A DNA stretch of 50,162 nt from a virus: IMG/VR virus record IMGVR_UViG_3300045988_054790. One strand, 5' to 3'. The notes beneath the pieces were generated by a model. It did no database searches, was not told the origin of the DNA, and worked only from the letters and a program-made list of their open reading frames with translations. Positions within the stretch are counted from its first letter, which is position 1. Every line of letters starts with the position of its first letter. This document shows positions 26,778 through 36,930 of the stretch, piece by piece. The translations under genes were made by a program, and so were the position numbers.

Positions 26778-27473
26778 TTACTTCCTCCTCGCCGCTCGCG
26801 CCAGCACCCGCTCGGTCTGCTCCATCAGGCGGTCTTGCAGATACTCGGATACCTCCGGCTCCACCATCGGCCATACGGTAGAGTGCATCGCCGAGGCCGA
26901 CGGGCTTCCCATCGTCACCAGCTTTTCCACCTTGCCGTCCTTGTTCCGCCACCTTGGGCGGCCCCGCTCCGTGACCGTGTGGCTGGAGCTGGAGCCGATC
27001 TGTCGCTGCACCATGCCGATGTGTCCGCTCTTGAACTGCACGAGAAATCCCTTGCTCATGTTGGCATTGCCTGTCAGCGCCGCCATGGACGAGGCTTTCA
27101 GAACACGGGCTTTCACATACTTTGGTGCGTGGTGCAAAACCTCGCGCCCGGTAAAGCGCTCCGTCGGCCTGTGCTGGAAATAACCGAGATCGTTGCGCAT
27201 CTTTGCGATGTGCAGCTCTGCGCTCAAACTGGTGTTGCTGGCCTTTTTCCGCTGCACAAGGTCTTTCAGGTGCCGCCTGCCCGCCGCGTTCACGGCGTAC
27301 CGCGCCTTTGCCTTTGCGATCATCAGCTTGCGGGCCTGCCGTGCCGTGGCGTTGATGGCTACCTTGGCCGCCGCCGGGGTCTTTTTCTTCAAATCGCCCA
27401 GCGCCGCCGCCACGGTGTCCAGCCCGTCCACTTCGATGGTCAGGTTCCCTGCGTCATAGGTTACTCTGCTCAT
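26778..27473 (-). CDS. Hypothetical head-tail joining protein
   Basis: ATG 27473 (MSRVTYDAGNL...) forms an ATGA overlap. Confidence 0.5.
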   Translation of the reverse strand: MSRVTYDAGNLTIEVDGLDTVAAALGDLKKKTPAAAKVAINATARQARKLMIAKAKARYAVNAAGRRHLKDLVQRKKASNTSLSAELHIAKMRNDLGYFQHRPTERFTGREVLHHAPKYVKARVLKASSMAALTGNANMSKGFLVQFKSGHIGMVQRQIGSSSSHTVTERGRPRWRNKDGKVEKLVTMGSPSASAMHSTVWPMVEPEVSEYLQDRLMEQTERVLARAARRK

Positions 27474-27880
27474 TGCCGCGTCCTTTCCATGGAAATGCGG
27501 TACACGCCCGCCTCCTCCTCGCAGTTGAGGATGGTGTACGACCGCTGCCGGTTCGTCCCTTTGTCCAGAACAAGGTGCTTGCCCACTTTCGGCTTTGGCC
27601 CGTAGTCGCTCACGCGGATATACAGCACCGTGTAGGCCGTATACAGTCCCGTGTCGAAGTTCTGCTTGGCTCCCGCCTCCCAATGGGCGCTATGCTCTTT
27701 GAGCCGCTGATCGTCCACGATCACCAGCGCGTCCTTGCCGTCAACCGTGTGCCAGTCCGCGTGTTCATCCTGCTCAAAGAAAGCAGCGTCGATGTCCGCT
27801 GCGGCGCAGTCCTTAAAAGTGAGCGGAGGGGCAGCCCCCTCCGCTCCGCCGTATTCCTGCTTTAGCTCGAACAGCGCCAT
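27470..27880 (-). CDS. Hypothetical head completion/connector protein
   Basis: ATG 27880 (MALFELKQEY...), directly after the capsid gene. Confidence 0.5.
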   Translation of the reverse strand: MALFELKQEYGGAEGAAPPLTFKDCAAADIDAAFFEQDEHADWHTVDGKDALVIVDDQRLKEHSAHWEAGAKQNFDTGLYTAYTVLYIRVSDYGPKPKVGKHLVLDKGTNRQRSYTILNCEEEAGVYRISMERTRQ

Positions 27881-27881
27881 G

Positions 27882-28934
27882 TCAGCACACGGTCGCCACC
27901 AGCCAGCTATCCACCTTGTCGGGGATGGGCAGCGGGTGCGCCTGCAGCTCCACCATGCGGCGGTCGGGATGATGCTCCACATAGCTGCGCAGGACGCGGC
28001 TGGTCTGGGAGGTCACCCACAGGCCGGATGCGTCCTCGATGTATGTGCAGGCACCGTAGGCCATCATGTAGTTGGGTCTGGAGCTAATCAGGATGATCAT
28101 GTTGTCCGGGATAAGAGGCTTGGTCTCCGGCGCGTCGGGGTCAGTCCAGTCGTCGTAGTAGACCTCGCCGTAAACATACATGTCAAGGCTGGGGTCGTTC
28201 AGGTGGCCGAGATACTTCACGCCGTTGGGCAGGTCGCGGGGGGCGATCTCGCCGAGGTTCATACGGCGGTTGTCCAACATCTTCTGCACGTTGGCATCGG
28301 CAAAGAACTTCGCCTTGGCCGTCTTGCCCATGATGAGGGTGTCCACGTTGGCAAAGCCGCCGTGCAGCACCGCGTCCGTCCAGTCGCCGAGGTTGCCGAG
28401 AATGTCGGCCTTGGTGCCGCCCCACTTGTAATCGCCGGTCAGGCTTTTCTTGTTGGTCAGGCCAAAGTCGATGGTTTCGTTCACGCCCTCGCCCACAACG
28501 GGAATGGTGCCGGTCACGATGGCCTGCACCGCCATCCACTCCTCGCGGCGCGTGGTCGCGTCGTTCAGCGTGGCGTACTCCTCCATGAGCTTCTGCGCGG
28601 CCCTCTGCGCAGGGGTCATGCCGCTGTACAGATCTTCGCCCGGCAGGCGGGTCATGAGCTGGTCAGCGGTGGTCACGTCGTAGGGGTTGATCAGAGGGGG
28701 CTTGTAGCTCTCCGTCTTGTAGCCGTTGGCTTTCAGCACCTTGCCGCCCACGCGGGGATGGACAAAGGCCGCCATGCGGCGGTCGCCTTTCACAAGGTCG
28801 ATGTCCACGCGCTCGGTGGCGAACGTCTTGACGTTGGTGAAAAAGGTGTCGCGGAAATAGGTGTGTACGGCAGGGGTCTGTCTCACCACCTCCGCCAGAT
28901 AGCGGGGGGAGTAAATGTTCACTTCGTTAGCCAT
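27882..28934 (-). CDS. Major capsid protein, lambda gpE-like
   Basis: 350 aa. The N-terminal pattern ...YSPRYLAEVVRQTP...FRDTFF...ERVDIDLVKGDRRMAAFVHP is typical of the capsid E family. Confidence 0.85.
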   Translation of the reverse strand: MANEVNIYSPRYLAEVVRQTPAVHTYFRDTFFTNVKTFATERVDIDLVKGDRRMAAFVHPRVGGKVLKANGYKTESYKPPLINPYDVTTADQLMTRLPGEDLYSGMTPAQRAAQKLMEEYATLNDATTRREEWMAVQAIVTGTIPVVGEGVNETIDFGLTNKKSLTGDYKWGGTKADILGNLGDWTDAVLHGGFANVDTLIMGKTAKAKFFADANVQKMLDNRRMNLGEIAPRDLPNGVKYLGHLNDPSLDMYVYGEVYYDDWTDPDAPETKPLIPDNMIILISSRPNYMMAYGACTYIEDASGLWVTSQTSRVLRSYVEHHPDRRMVELQAHPLPIPDKVDSWLVATVC

Positions 28935-28949
28935 AGTCTTTCTTCCTCC

Positions 28950-29306
28950 TTACTTCAAGTAGATGCCGAGGTTGCGCAGAGGAACCTCCACGTCCGCAGC
29001 GGTGGCGTTGGCGGGCAGCACCAGCGCGTCGGCGAAGAACTCACCGGAGAGATACACGATGCCGTCCTCGCCCGATGCGACATCCTCCGCCAGAATGCCG
29101 TACAGGCCCGTGGTGGTCACGGTATAGGGGGCGCTGCTGCCGCTCACGCTGATGGCGGCCAGCTTGCCGTCGCTGTTGAGAACCACAGGAGCGCCGCGCT
29201 TCAAGGCGGCAGATGCCTCCTTGACCGCCGTAACGATCTCCGCATTACCCGCGATCAGGTAATCCGGCTGCGTGGAAAAGGTCTTTTTTGCCAAATCCAT
29301 ACTCAT
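28950..29306 (-). CDS. Head decoration protein (gpD-like)
   Basis: 118 aa, between the protease and capsid genes. Contains the DYLIAGN...V motif. Confidence 0.65.
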   Translation of the reverse strand: MSMDLAKKTFSTQPDYLIAGNAEIVTAVKEASAALKRGAPVVLNSDGKLAAISVSGSSAPYTVTTTGLYGILAEDVASGEDGIVYLSGEFFADALVLPANATAADVEVPLRNLGIYLK

Positions 29307-29321
29307 GTTCTTTCTCCTCCT

Positions 29322-30416
29322 TTACTGCTTCTTGCCCATGGACTTGATCGCGTCCATGAACTCGTCCTGCTTGCCCTCACCGCCGCCGGTGCCGCCGTCG
29401 TTCTTCACGCCGTCCATACCGCTCTTGCCAGCATCGCCCTTTGCGGCGTTGAGCCATGCGTTGCCGCTCTCCTTGGCAGCCTTCATCATGGCCACGGCGT
29501 ACTCGCTGGCGCTCACCGGCTTGGTGAACTTGGCCTCGTTCGTCAGCGCCTCGCTGCCGGACAGAGCCATGTCCTCGATGTCGCGGATGCGCTGGCGCTC
29601 GTCGCTCGTCGCTTTGTTCGCCGCCGCCTCCTCGATTTCCTTGACCAGTGCGGGATAGGCCCCGCGCAGGTCGTCCACGGTCTTGATCTCGTTTGCCATG
29701 TTCGTTACCTCCTTATGGCAGTTGTTATTTACAGAGCAGGAGGCGGGAGCTGCCTTGCTGCTTTGTACAAAGTTGGGTGCCTTGTCGAAAGGCAGGTGTG
29801 TGTTGACGCTGTTGACGAACAGCAGCCCGTCCCGGTTTTCGATCACCGCGCCGTCCGCCTCGTCCGTCAGCTCGTCGATAAAGCCGTTTTCCTTGGCCTG
29901 CGCCGCCGTCCACCAGCTTGTCTCGTCCATCCATCCGGCCACCTCGTCCTTATCCCTGCCCGTCTTTTTCGCATACAGGCCCACGATGCTTTCCCGGATG
30001 GCGTTCATCGCCTCGATGTACTTCTGCAATTCCTCGGCGTTGTAGTAGCCGTAAGCGCCCATGCGCACCGGATGCACCATGTAGGTGCTGTCGTTGGCGG
30101 CGATCACCTTGCCGCAATGGCAGGCGACGATGGTTGCCGCGCTGGCGCACAGTCCGTCGATCTTCGCCGTCACCGCCGCCGGGTGCTGTTCAAGCTGGTT
30201 GCCGATGGCCTGCGCTGCGAACACGTCGCCGCCGCCGCTGTTGATGCGCACCGTGATCTCGTCCAGCGCTCCCAGACCGGCCAGCTCCTCCGCAAACTGC
30301 TTCGGGGTCACCTCGTCGCCCCACCAGCTCGTCTGCGAAATGTCGCCGTAAAGCAGCAGCTCCACCTTGTTTCCTGCCTGATTGCAGAATTTCCAGAATT
30401 TCTTGTTTTCGGGCAT
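29322..30416 (-). CDS. ClpP-like head maturation protease fused to scaffold-like C-terminus
   Basis: INSGGGDVFAAQAI...GLCASAATIVA...MVHP, which are ClpP/S14-type motifs. The C-terminus is helical. Confidence 0.85.
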   Translation of the reverse strand: MPENKKFWKFCNQAGNKVELLLYGDISQTSWWGDEVTPKQFAEELAGLGALDEITVRINSGGGDVFAAQAIGNQLEQHPAAVTAKIDGLCASAATIVACHCGKVIAANDSTYMVHPVRMGAYGYYNAEELQKYIEAMNAIRESIVGLYAKKTGRDKDEVAGWMDETSWWTAAQAKENGFIDELTDEADGAVIENRDGLLFVNSVNTHLPFDKAPNFVQSSKAAPASCSVNNNCHKEVTNMANEIKTVDDLRGAYPALVKEIEEAAANKATSDERQRIRDIEDMALSGSEALTNEAKFTKPVSASEYAVAMMKAAKESGNAWLNAAKGDAGKSGMDGVKNDGGTGGGEGKQDEFMDAIKSMGKKQ

Positions 30417-30429
30417 TTCTGTTTTCCTC

Positions 30430-32016
30430 CTATTCTCCCGCCGTCTGCGCTTTTCCGATCTCGTCCACCTCGCGCTTGCGCTTGGCCTCCGTCATGCGCA
30501 GTTTGATGTTGCGGTTGTAGTCCCCGCCGGTCATTTGCGCCGTCTCCTCCTGCGCCGTGCTGAAACCTGCCTCCACCCGCTTGATGGCGGCATCCACCTC
30601 CTGCACGGGGTTCAGGTTCGTCCGTGCCGGGCCGTTCCACGCGCAGGCCGTGTACGCCTTGCGCCGCGCCGGGTCGGTGAAAAAGCCCGGCGCGTGGATG
30701 CGCCCACGGGCGACCGCCTCGGCAAACCATTCCTCATAGACCGGCTGGCAGAAATCGTCTGTAAACCAGTCCCGTTGCATACTACAGGTGCGCCAGAACT
30801 CGTTGAGTGCGCCGCGAGCCGCCGAATAGCTGGTGGTGAACTGCTTCATCATCACCTCCGGCGGTATCTCCAGCCCCGCGCCGATCAGGCGGATGGTGGC
30901 GTTGGTAAACTCGTCGTACCCGGTGTTCGGGTGCTTCGGGTCTGCAAACTGCACCTCTTCGCCGGGGTTCAGGTCAATGATGGCCCCCGGCCCCAGCTCG
31001 ATGCTGCTCTGGTCGGCGCTGTCGATCAGCTCCTCCGCCGGTATCATTTCTCCAAACGGTCTGCCGTCCGACGGGTTTTGCGACTTCACAAACACCGTGA
31101 ACATGGCGCTGATCACCGCCGCCGTGATCTCCGCGTCCGTGTAGCGGCCAAGCTGTTTCAGGCTTTCCAGCACGGGGGCAAGCAGGGGAACGCCCCGCCG
31201 CTGGCCGATGCGCTCGCGGCTCATGATGTGCAGTACGTTCCGCCGACCGGTTGTATCGCCGTAGGCTTCCACTCTCTGCCACGTCAGCCCCGCCGCGTCC
31301 ACAGCGCTGTTGCTGCCCAGCGGATGCCGGTTGCATATCCAGTAGGCCGTCACCATGCCGTCCGCGTCGGTCTCCACGCCCTGCACGATGCTTTCTACCT
31401 CATAGCCCTGCACGGTACAGGGCATCAGCCGGTCAAAGCCGTCCGGGCTGCATACCCGGTCTGCCTCGATCAGCCGCACACGCAGGTCATACGGTTGCCC
31501 GGCCTGATGTTTCATGGGCAGCAGGGCGATGGTGTCTCCGTTCATCAGGTAACTCAAAAAGGCAAGCTGCTGGAGCTGATAGAAGTTGTCCATTCGCTCC
31601 GCGTCGCATACCGGCGTGTCCGCCCACAGGGCGAACTCCCGCACGATCTGCGCTTGCAGCTTCTCCGCCGCCGCCTCGTCCAGTCCCAGATAGTCGCTGT
31701 CGAGCTGCGGCGCAGGCATCAATCCGCCTGCCACTACGTTCGTCCGCATGGTTTTCAGCGCTGCCGTGGCTGTCGGGATGCCCATGTAAGCGTCCCGGCT
31801 CCGCTGTCGTAGAACGTCGATGTTGTCCTCGATGTCCTCCTTGGCGCTGCCGCCGTGGTACATCCAGCCCCTCATGCTCTTTTTCGTCAGGTTGGCTCCG
31901 TAGTTGCCATATCCGCTGTTGATCACGCTCAGCGCGGCTCTCGCCGCCGTCCGCTTTGCCGCGTGGATGGGAGCCACGGCCATGATCGCCCGGTCAAGGA
32001 TGTTCGGTTTCATCAT
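30430..32016 (-). CDS. Portal protein, lambda family
   Basis: MMKPNILDRAIMAVAP... ATG 32016 lies 6 nt after GAGGAGG. The alternative ATG at 32031 is coupled to the upstream stop. Confidence 0.85.
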   Translation of the reverse strand: MMKPNILDRAIMAVAPIHAAKRTAARAALSVINSGYGNYGANLTKKSMRGWMYHGGSAKEDIEDNIDVLRQRSRDAYMGIPTATAALKTMRTNVVAGGLMPAPQLDSDYLGLDEAAAEKLQAQIVREFALWADTPVCDAERMDNFYQLQQLAFLSYLMNGDTIALLPMKHQAGQPYDLRVRLIEADRVCSPDGFDRLMPCTVQGYEVESIVQGVETDADGMVTAYWICNRHPLGSNSAVDAAGLTWQRVEAYGDTTGRRNVLHIMSRERIGQRRGVPLLAPVLESLKQLGRYTDAEITAAVISAMFTVFVKSQNPSDGRPFGEMIPAEELIDSADQSSIELGPGAIIDLNPGEEVQFADPKHPNTGYDEFTNATIRLIGAGLEIPPEVMMKQFTTSYSAARGALNEFWRTCSMQRDWFTDDFCQPVYEEWFAEAVARGRIHAPGFFTDPARRKAYTACAWNGPARTNLNPVQEVDAAIKRVEAGFSTAQEETAQMTGGDYNRNIKLRMTEAKRKREVDEIGKAQTAGE

Positions 32017-32027
32017 GCGCTCCCTCC

Positions 32028-32264
32028 TCATACGTCGCGGGCCACGGCACGATAGGCGCGGTTTCGCCCGCCGTGCTTATCCTCTGCCTCCGCCTCCGCC
32101 AGCTTTCCGGCCCAATATTCCATTTCCTCGCGCACCTGCTTTAAGTCGGCTCGCGTCAGCATACGGCTTCCGATCTGATAGCTCTGGCCGGTGGCGATAG
32201 CCTCCTCCGCCGCCAGCCATGTGTTCAGCTTCTTTTGACAGATTTCTTTCGTGAATACAGCCAA
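32028..32264 (-). CDS. Head-tail joining protein, gpW-like
   Basis: 78 aa, with a TTG start after GAGGAGGG. Lies between the terminase large subunit and the portal, as in lambda. Confidence 0.65.
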   Translation of the reverse strand: MAVFTKEICQKKLNTWLAAEEAIATGQSYQIGSRMLTRADLKQVREEMEYWAGKLAEAEAEDKHGGRNRAYRAVARDV

Positions 32265-34100
32265 TTAAATCCCTCCTCGCCTCCGGCGGCCTGCCGGACG
32301 TTTTCTGATTGGCTTTGCGATCTCGCCCTCCTGCAAAACAGGGTTGGCGATCTCCAGCGCCGCCGTAGCGTAGTTGCGCAGGTCAAGTGGCTCGTTGCGC
32401 TTGTGCTTGCTGTCTTTCAGCTCCCACGCCACAACACTTCTGCCCTTGCGCCAGCGCACCACCATTTTCTCGGCTGTCAGGCCGACAAAATATTGCTCGT
32501 CATAGCCCGCTTCCTCATTGAGCGGAAAATGGCAGTAGTTCGGCCCCTTGGTCTCATGCCGCAGTCGTTGATACAGCAGGGCCTTTCCCGCGTCCACGCC
32601 GATGATGAACAGCGGCGTTTTTACACGGTTGTTGGTGGTTGGATTTCGGATATACGGCACGTCCGCACCGCCCTTGCCCTTGATCGACCATATCTTTCGC
32701 TCCCACCGTTCCGCCGTGAAGCGGTATACCTGATCTGTGTGGTGGCCGCCGGTGTCGATGCAGGCGCTCATGATGTGCAGCGCCGTCCCGTCTTTTTTCT
32801 TGAAGCCCCCCAGCAGGAAATTGTCGAGGTCTTGCCATACCTGCTCTTTCAGCATATCGCCGTATATCTTCTGATAGCGGATGCCCCAGCTCTCCTTGCC
32901 GATGCCCCAGCCGACCACCTCCACCTCGAAGCGGTCGTCCTGCACGTCCACACCGGCTGTCAACACCAGCACTCCCTCCGGCACGTCTGCATCGTACAGC
33001 TCCCGCCGGTTCAGCAGCGCGGCATCCTCCACCTGCTCGCCCTGCTCCTCCCACGTTTCGCCCAGCTCCGTGTTCACCCAGACTTTCATGCCCTCCGGGT
33101 TTCCCTGATCAAGCTGCTCCTTGGCAACAAGGAATTTCTGCACGATCTCTTTCCATGAGCAGAACGTAGAGGCCAGCGTGTTCAGGTGAAAGCCCCGCGC
33201 CTCCGCGCCGGGGTTCTCCGGCACAAAGCGCCCGCGTTTGCTGGCCTGCTTCCACTGGTATTCTCCGTTCACCACGCCGCAGCGCTCGCACTTGTACAGC
33301 ACTTCGCCCTGTGGGTCGTCCTTGTCAAATACCACGTTGGCCCACACGAACGGCTGGTAATGCCCACACTCCGGGCATGGCACATTCCATTCCTCCCGCG
33401 TGGACTGGTTGAACTCCGTCTCGATACGGCTCTGGCCCTTAATGACCGGCGTGGATACGATCACCGTCTTTTTGTCCCAAAAGGTTGTCTGTCGCTTCTG
33501 GGCCAAGGAAAGCGGGTCGCCCTCCGTTCCGGCGCTTGCCGGGTAGCGGTCAACCTCGTCTGCCAGCAGCACCTTGATAGGACGGCTGGCAAGGCCGGTC
33601 GCGCTGTTCGCGCCCACGATGGTGATGTGTCCGCCGGGGAAATTCTTCTTCATGATGGTGTTGCCGGAATAGCGGCTTTTCACGTCGATCTTGTCCCGCA
33701 GCTCCGGCGTGTCCCGTATCATGGGCGCAAGCCGGTCTTTGGAAAAGGTCTGCCCCATGTCCAACGTCGGCTGCATCACGAGGATGGGGGCCGGGGCGTA
33801 GTCCATGTAGTAGCCCAGCGGGTTCAGGATAAAAGCGTCGGTCTTGCCGATCTGCGCCGCGCTCATGATCACCACCTTGCGGATGTGCGGGTCTCCGATT
33901 GCGTCCATGATCTCCCGCTGATACGGGGCCTTGTCCGTGTGCCAGCGGCCCGGCTCCGCGCTGCTCTCCGCCGACAGCACCCGGTATCGGTCTGCCCACT
34001 CTGAAAGCGTCATGGCCGGGGGTGGTTTCAACGCCGCCGCGCACCGCGCCAGCAGCTCCAGCGTCGGCTTCGGCAGATCAATGAGCTTTCGCTTCTTCAT
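32265..34100 (-). CDS. Terminase large subunit, gpA-like
   Basis: ...PPPAMTLSEWADRYRVLSAESSAEPGRWHTDKAPYQREIMDA...AAQIGKTD, which contains a Walker A-like motif. Confidence 0.9.
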   Translation of the reverse strand: MKKRKLIDLPKPTLELLARCAAALKPPPAMTLSEWADRYRVLSAESSAEPGRWHTDKAPYQREIMDAIGDPHIRKVVIMSAAQIGKTDAFILNPLGYYMDYAPAPILVMQPTLDMGQTFSKDRLAPMIRDTPELRDKIDVKSRYSGNTIMKKNFPGGHITIVGANSATGLASRPIKVLLADEVDRYPASAGTEGDPLSLAQKRQTTFWDKKTVIVSTPVIKGQSRIETEFNQSTREEWNVPCPECGHYQPFVWANVVFDKDDPQGEVLYKCERCGVVNGEYQWKQASKRGRFVPENPGAEARGFHLNTLASTFCSWKEIVQKFLVAKEQLDQGNPEGMKVWVNTELGETWEEQGEQVEDAALLNRRELYDADVPEGVLVLTAGVDVQDDRFEVEVVGWGIGKESWGIRYQKIYGDMLKEQVWQDLDNFLLGGFKKKDGTALHIMSACIDTGGHHTDQVYRFTAERWERKIWSIKGKGGADVPYIRNPTTNNRVKTPLFIIGVDAGKALLYQRLRHETKGPNYCHFPLNEEAGYDEQYFVGLTAEKMVVRWRKGRSVVAWELKDSKHKRNEPLDLRNYATAALEIANPVLQEGEIAKPIRKRPAGRRRRGGI

Positions 34101-34239
34101 TGCTCTGCTTCCCCTGCGGCCAGTAGCGCTCATATTCTTTTCTCACGCAGCGAGGGAACATACACAGCACCTTGTCCTCGCTGGTATGCACCCGCCACAC
34201 GCACCCGCTACACGGGTGTTTCTTTTTCTGCTTCTCCAT
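34078..34239 (-). CDS. Hypothetical small Cys-containing protein (53 aa)
   Basis: MEKQKKKHPCSGCVWRV... Lies between the small and large terminase genes. Confidence 0.4.
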   Translation of the reverse strand: MEKQKKKHPCSGCVWRVHTSEDKVLCMFPRCVRKEYERYWPQGKQSNEEAKAH

Positions 34240-34705
34240 CGTCCTCACCGTCCTCCGCCGCAAAGGCTACCCGGTAATCGCTCATTTCCTCCAGAATTTC
34301 CTCGATGGCCCCTTTCAGTTCGTCGAAGATACCCGTCTGATTTCCGCCCATGGTGGACAGGGTGGGGGAGAGCTTGGCTGGCAGCGCCAGAAAGCGGCTG
34401 CGGATGTTCAGGAACATGGACTGGATGCCCCGCTCGATGTCCGCCGTGCGGTGTACCTCGCCCCGCCGCAGGTCATTTTCCATTTCCGCCGCCTCGCGCT
34501 TGGCCCGCGTCAGCATCATGCGCTCGTTGGTCAGCGTCTCCTTGCCCGCGCCGCCGATGTAGGTGATGTACCGCGCCACCGTCGGCTGTAACTCATAAAG
34601 CCCCGGTCTGGCCTCCACGATCACGCCCTCGTCCCGAAGCTGGCGTACCCGCCGCTCCGTCAGGCATAACCACTGGGCCACTACTTTGCTTGTGTAGAGT
34701 GTCAT
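34208..34705 (-). CDS. Terminase small subunit, Nu1-like (N-terminal wHTH)
   Basis: ATG 34705 forms an ATGA overlap. VAQWLCLTERRVRQLRDEGV is HTH-like, followed by a coiled coil. Confidence 0.6.
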   Translation of the reverse strand: MTLYTSKVVAQWLCLTERRVRQLRDEGVIVEARPGLYELQPTVARYITYIGGAGKETLTNERMMLTRAKREAAEMENDLRRGEVHRTADIERGIQSMFLNIRSRFLALPAKLSPTLSTMGGNQTGIFDELKGAIEEILEEMSDYRVAFAAEDGEDDGEAEKETPV

Positions 34706-34941
34706 TCCATCCACCGCCCTTTCCCCAGACGAACCGCTGTGAAGATTGCCACAATCGCCGTGACCAGCATACCCAGCATTTCCAACTGCGTGACTGCCAG
34801 AAAGCAGCACACCGCTGTCCATCCAGCTATGACCACCGCCGTCGGCACAATCCCCCACGGATGCGGAACCGCTAACACCCCACCCAGCAAAGCCGCAGCC
34901 AGCAACACGCCGCCCAGCAGGATTGTTAAAATGCTTTCCAT
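34702..34941 (-). CDS. Hypothetical membrane protein (three hydrophobic segments)
   Basis: 79 aa. TAATG overlap with the upstream gene. Confidence 0.5.
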   Translation of the reverse strand: MESILTILLGGVLLAAALLGGVLAVPHPWGIVPTAVVIAGWTAVCCFLAVTQLEMLGMLVTAIVAIFTAVRLGKGRWME

Positions 34942-35702
34942 TATGCCATCTCCTCTGCGTCCTCTCCATCCGTTTCCGGGTCTGGTACATCCACCGCGCC
35001 GGTGGCCCTCATGCGCAGCAGCTCCAGCTTCTCCCGCTCCAGCGTCATGCGCTTTTCGCTCTCCTCCAGCGCCCGCAGGCTGTCCGCGATCTTGGCGATG
35101 CGTCCCTGCACCTTGTATAGTGCCTCCTGCAATTTCAGCACACGGCTGAACGCGCTGTCCTTGCTGTACATTCCCATGCTCTGCAAGGCACCGTCCCGCT
35201 TGTCCTTGCCGCGCCCACCCGGCACCCTCATGTCCATCAGACTGTTGATGTACAGACTGTCCTCCGGGGCCGCCTCATACTCCGTGATTTTGGCGAGTAT
35301 CTTGTGTTCCCGGAATTTCAGGATTTGCATTTCATGCTCCAGCGCGGCGCGGCTTCCCAGCGGCGTTTGCTGTACGATCTCCCGCTCCGCGTCCGAGAGC
35401 ATATCAAAAAAGACGGTGCTGTATGCTCCGTCCTTTTCTGCGTTCTTATTTCCCGCCGGTGCGCCCGCATGGCTTCCGGCAGCGTTTTTCTTTCCCGCGC
35501 TGTTGCGGTTTCCCGGTTGACCGCCCCGCCGCTTCTTTGGCAGAGCTTCATCCCACTTGTCCGCTGCTTTCCAATTCCGCAGGGTTTGATAGCTCACGCC
35601 CTGCTCCTGCGCCAGCTCCCGCAGGCTTACTTCCTCGCCCGCCGCCTTGCGGGCGATGTATGCAGCCTTGGCGGTGTCGCGCTTCTCGCTCCGCTTCGGC
35701 AT
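34941..35702 (-). CDS. Terminase small-subunit-like / DNA-binding packaging protein
   Basis: ATG 35702 follows GGAGG. HTH (LRELAQEQGVSYQTLRNW), then G.P.GN.N..K repeats (GGQPGNRNSAGK, GAPAGNKNAEKDG). Confidence 0.55.
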   Translation of the reverse strand: MPKRSEKRDTAKAAYIARKAAGEEVSLRELAQEQGVSYQTLRNWKAADKWDEALPKKRRGGQPGNRNSAGKKNAAGSHAGAPAGNKNAEKDGAYSTVFFDMLSDAEREIVQQTPLGSRAALEHEMQILKFREHKILAKITEYEAAPEDSLYINSLMDMRVPGGRGKDKRDGALQSMGMYSKDSAFSRVLKLQEALYKVQGRIAKIADSLRALEESEKRMTLEREKLELLRMRATGAVDVPDPETDGEDAEEMA

Positions 35703-35904
35703 CCTCACACCTCCAGATAGTCGCGTGTCCCGCCCGGCCTATGAAAATACCCCGCGTAGGAACGCAGGGCTTCGACCGGCGCAGGACACGCCTATGGCAA
35801 AGCCCGCAGCGTTTCCGCCACGGGCTTTATTCCACGCTATGATATTATCACGAAAAACCTGCGGAAGTTGCTAATCCCGAAAAATTTTTTTCAAACCGTC
35901 CGCT

Positions 35905-36930
35905 TTAATATCCTCTAACCTCTTTCCTGCTCAAATAGAGGACGTGCGATATGTAGTATTCAAGTGCGCTCCCCGCATCGTGGTTGACCTGCTCCTGCAT
36001 CTCCCACATGACTTCTTTTTCATAATCAAAAAGCCCTGTCAATTCGGGGCATCTTATCGTTTCGCAGCACAGGCTTTCCACATCGTGCCTCAATGCCAGC
36101 CTATCTTCACATCCTCGCATCAATCCCGCGATCAGGCAGGCCCGCAGCGTGTCCTTGAAATTTCTTGTGTTCTCCAGTTCCCACATTGGATATGTCTCTA
36201 TGAACCTGAACTTGCAGCGAGGAATATCGTAATGTGCGAAAATGGTATGTTTCTTTCCCGAAGTATGCGCAAAGCCCCATTTTTTATCAAACTCTCTGTA
36301 GGCTGCAACAGCCCCGTCATAGTTTAGATTTTTGAGAGACATTGCGGCGCGGTGTATTGCCGTCTCCTCGTCCGAGCGGTACTCCAAGATGGCAGCCTTT
36401 CCTTTTTCCGTAAGTCGGAACAAATGCCCTTTGTGCTTCCTTCGGTCGATTTTAGCGCCGCCATCAAGCAGCTTTTTGGCGAGTGCGCATTTGTTTCCGC
36501 TTTTTGAAACGCCTCGCTCTTTGGCAATCTTCTCCATTTCCTCCCGCGTATAAAGCTCTGCCATCTCCTCGCAAGGCTCCAGCGGTGCGATCATACCGCC
36601 TTTCCGCAGGGCTGAATAAGCCATACTCTTTTTCCCAAAGTCCAGATAGGAAATGTCCTCGTCCGAAAACGGTCTTTTCCTCTCCGTGTTAAACCAGAGT
36701 ATTGCGTATACAAGCCCGCGTGGGTCAGCGTGTCCCGCGCCCTCCAGCGTCTCGAATGTGGGTAGCCCTGCCGGATATAGCCATTCTCGCTCGACCGTCA
36801 TATCTTTTTGGCGGTATTCCTCCGCAGGAGTTTCATATTCGACATCTGCTTTTTGTCCTTCCTTGGCTTTCCCTGCGCCGCTGTTAAATCCGTCCCGGAA
36901 CGCCCTTACCAATTCCCGCAACACTCCCAT
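35905..36930 (-). CDS. Hypothetical protein, low-GC accessory gene in the repressor position
   Basis: 341 aa. AGGAGGG RBS. Visibly AT-richer than its flanks. It has a SAP-like segment (EEMEKIAKERGVSKSGNKCALAKKLLDGG) and a possible winged-helix segment (LFRLTEKGKAAILEY). Confidence 0.75.
   Translation of the reverse strand: MGVLRELVRAFRDGFNSGAGKAKEGQKADVEYETPAEEYRQKDMTVEREWLYPAGLPTFETLEGAGHADPRGLVYAILWFNTERKRPFSDEDISYLDFGKKSMAYSALRKGGMIAPLEPCEEMAELYTREEMEKIAKERGVSKSGNKCALAKKLLDGGAKIDRRKHKGHLFRLTEKGKAAILEYRSDEETAIHRAAMSLKNLNYDGAVAAYREFDKKWGFAHTSGKKHTIFAHYDIPRCKFRFIETYPMWELENTRNFKDTLRACLIAGLMRGCEDRLALRHDVESLCCETIRCPELTGLFDYEKEVMWEMQEQVNHDAGSALEYYISHVLYLSRKEVRGY

Noticed and set aside
35709-35904. 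Late promoter / cos site upstream of the packaging genes
   Set aside because: There is only a weak TG-extended TAATAT element and a hairpin (about 35795-35826). There is no convincing -35 and no way to define cos ends from the sequence alone.
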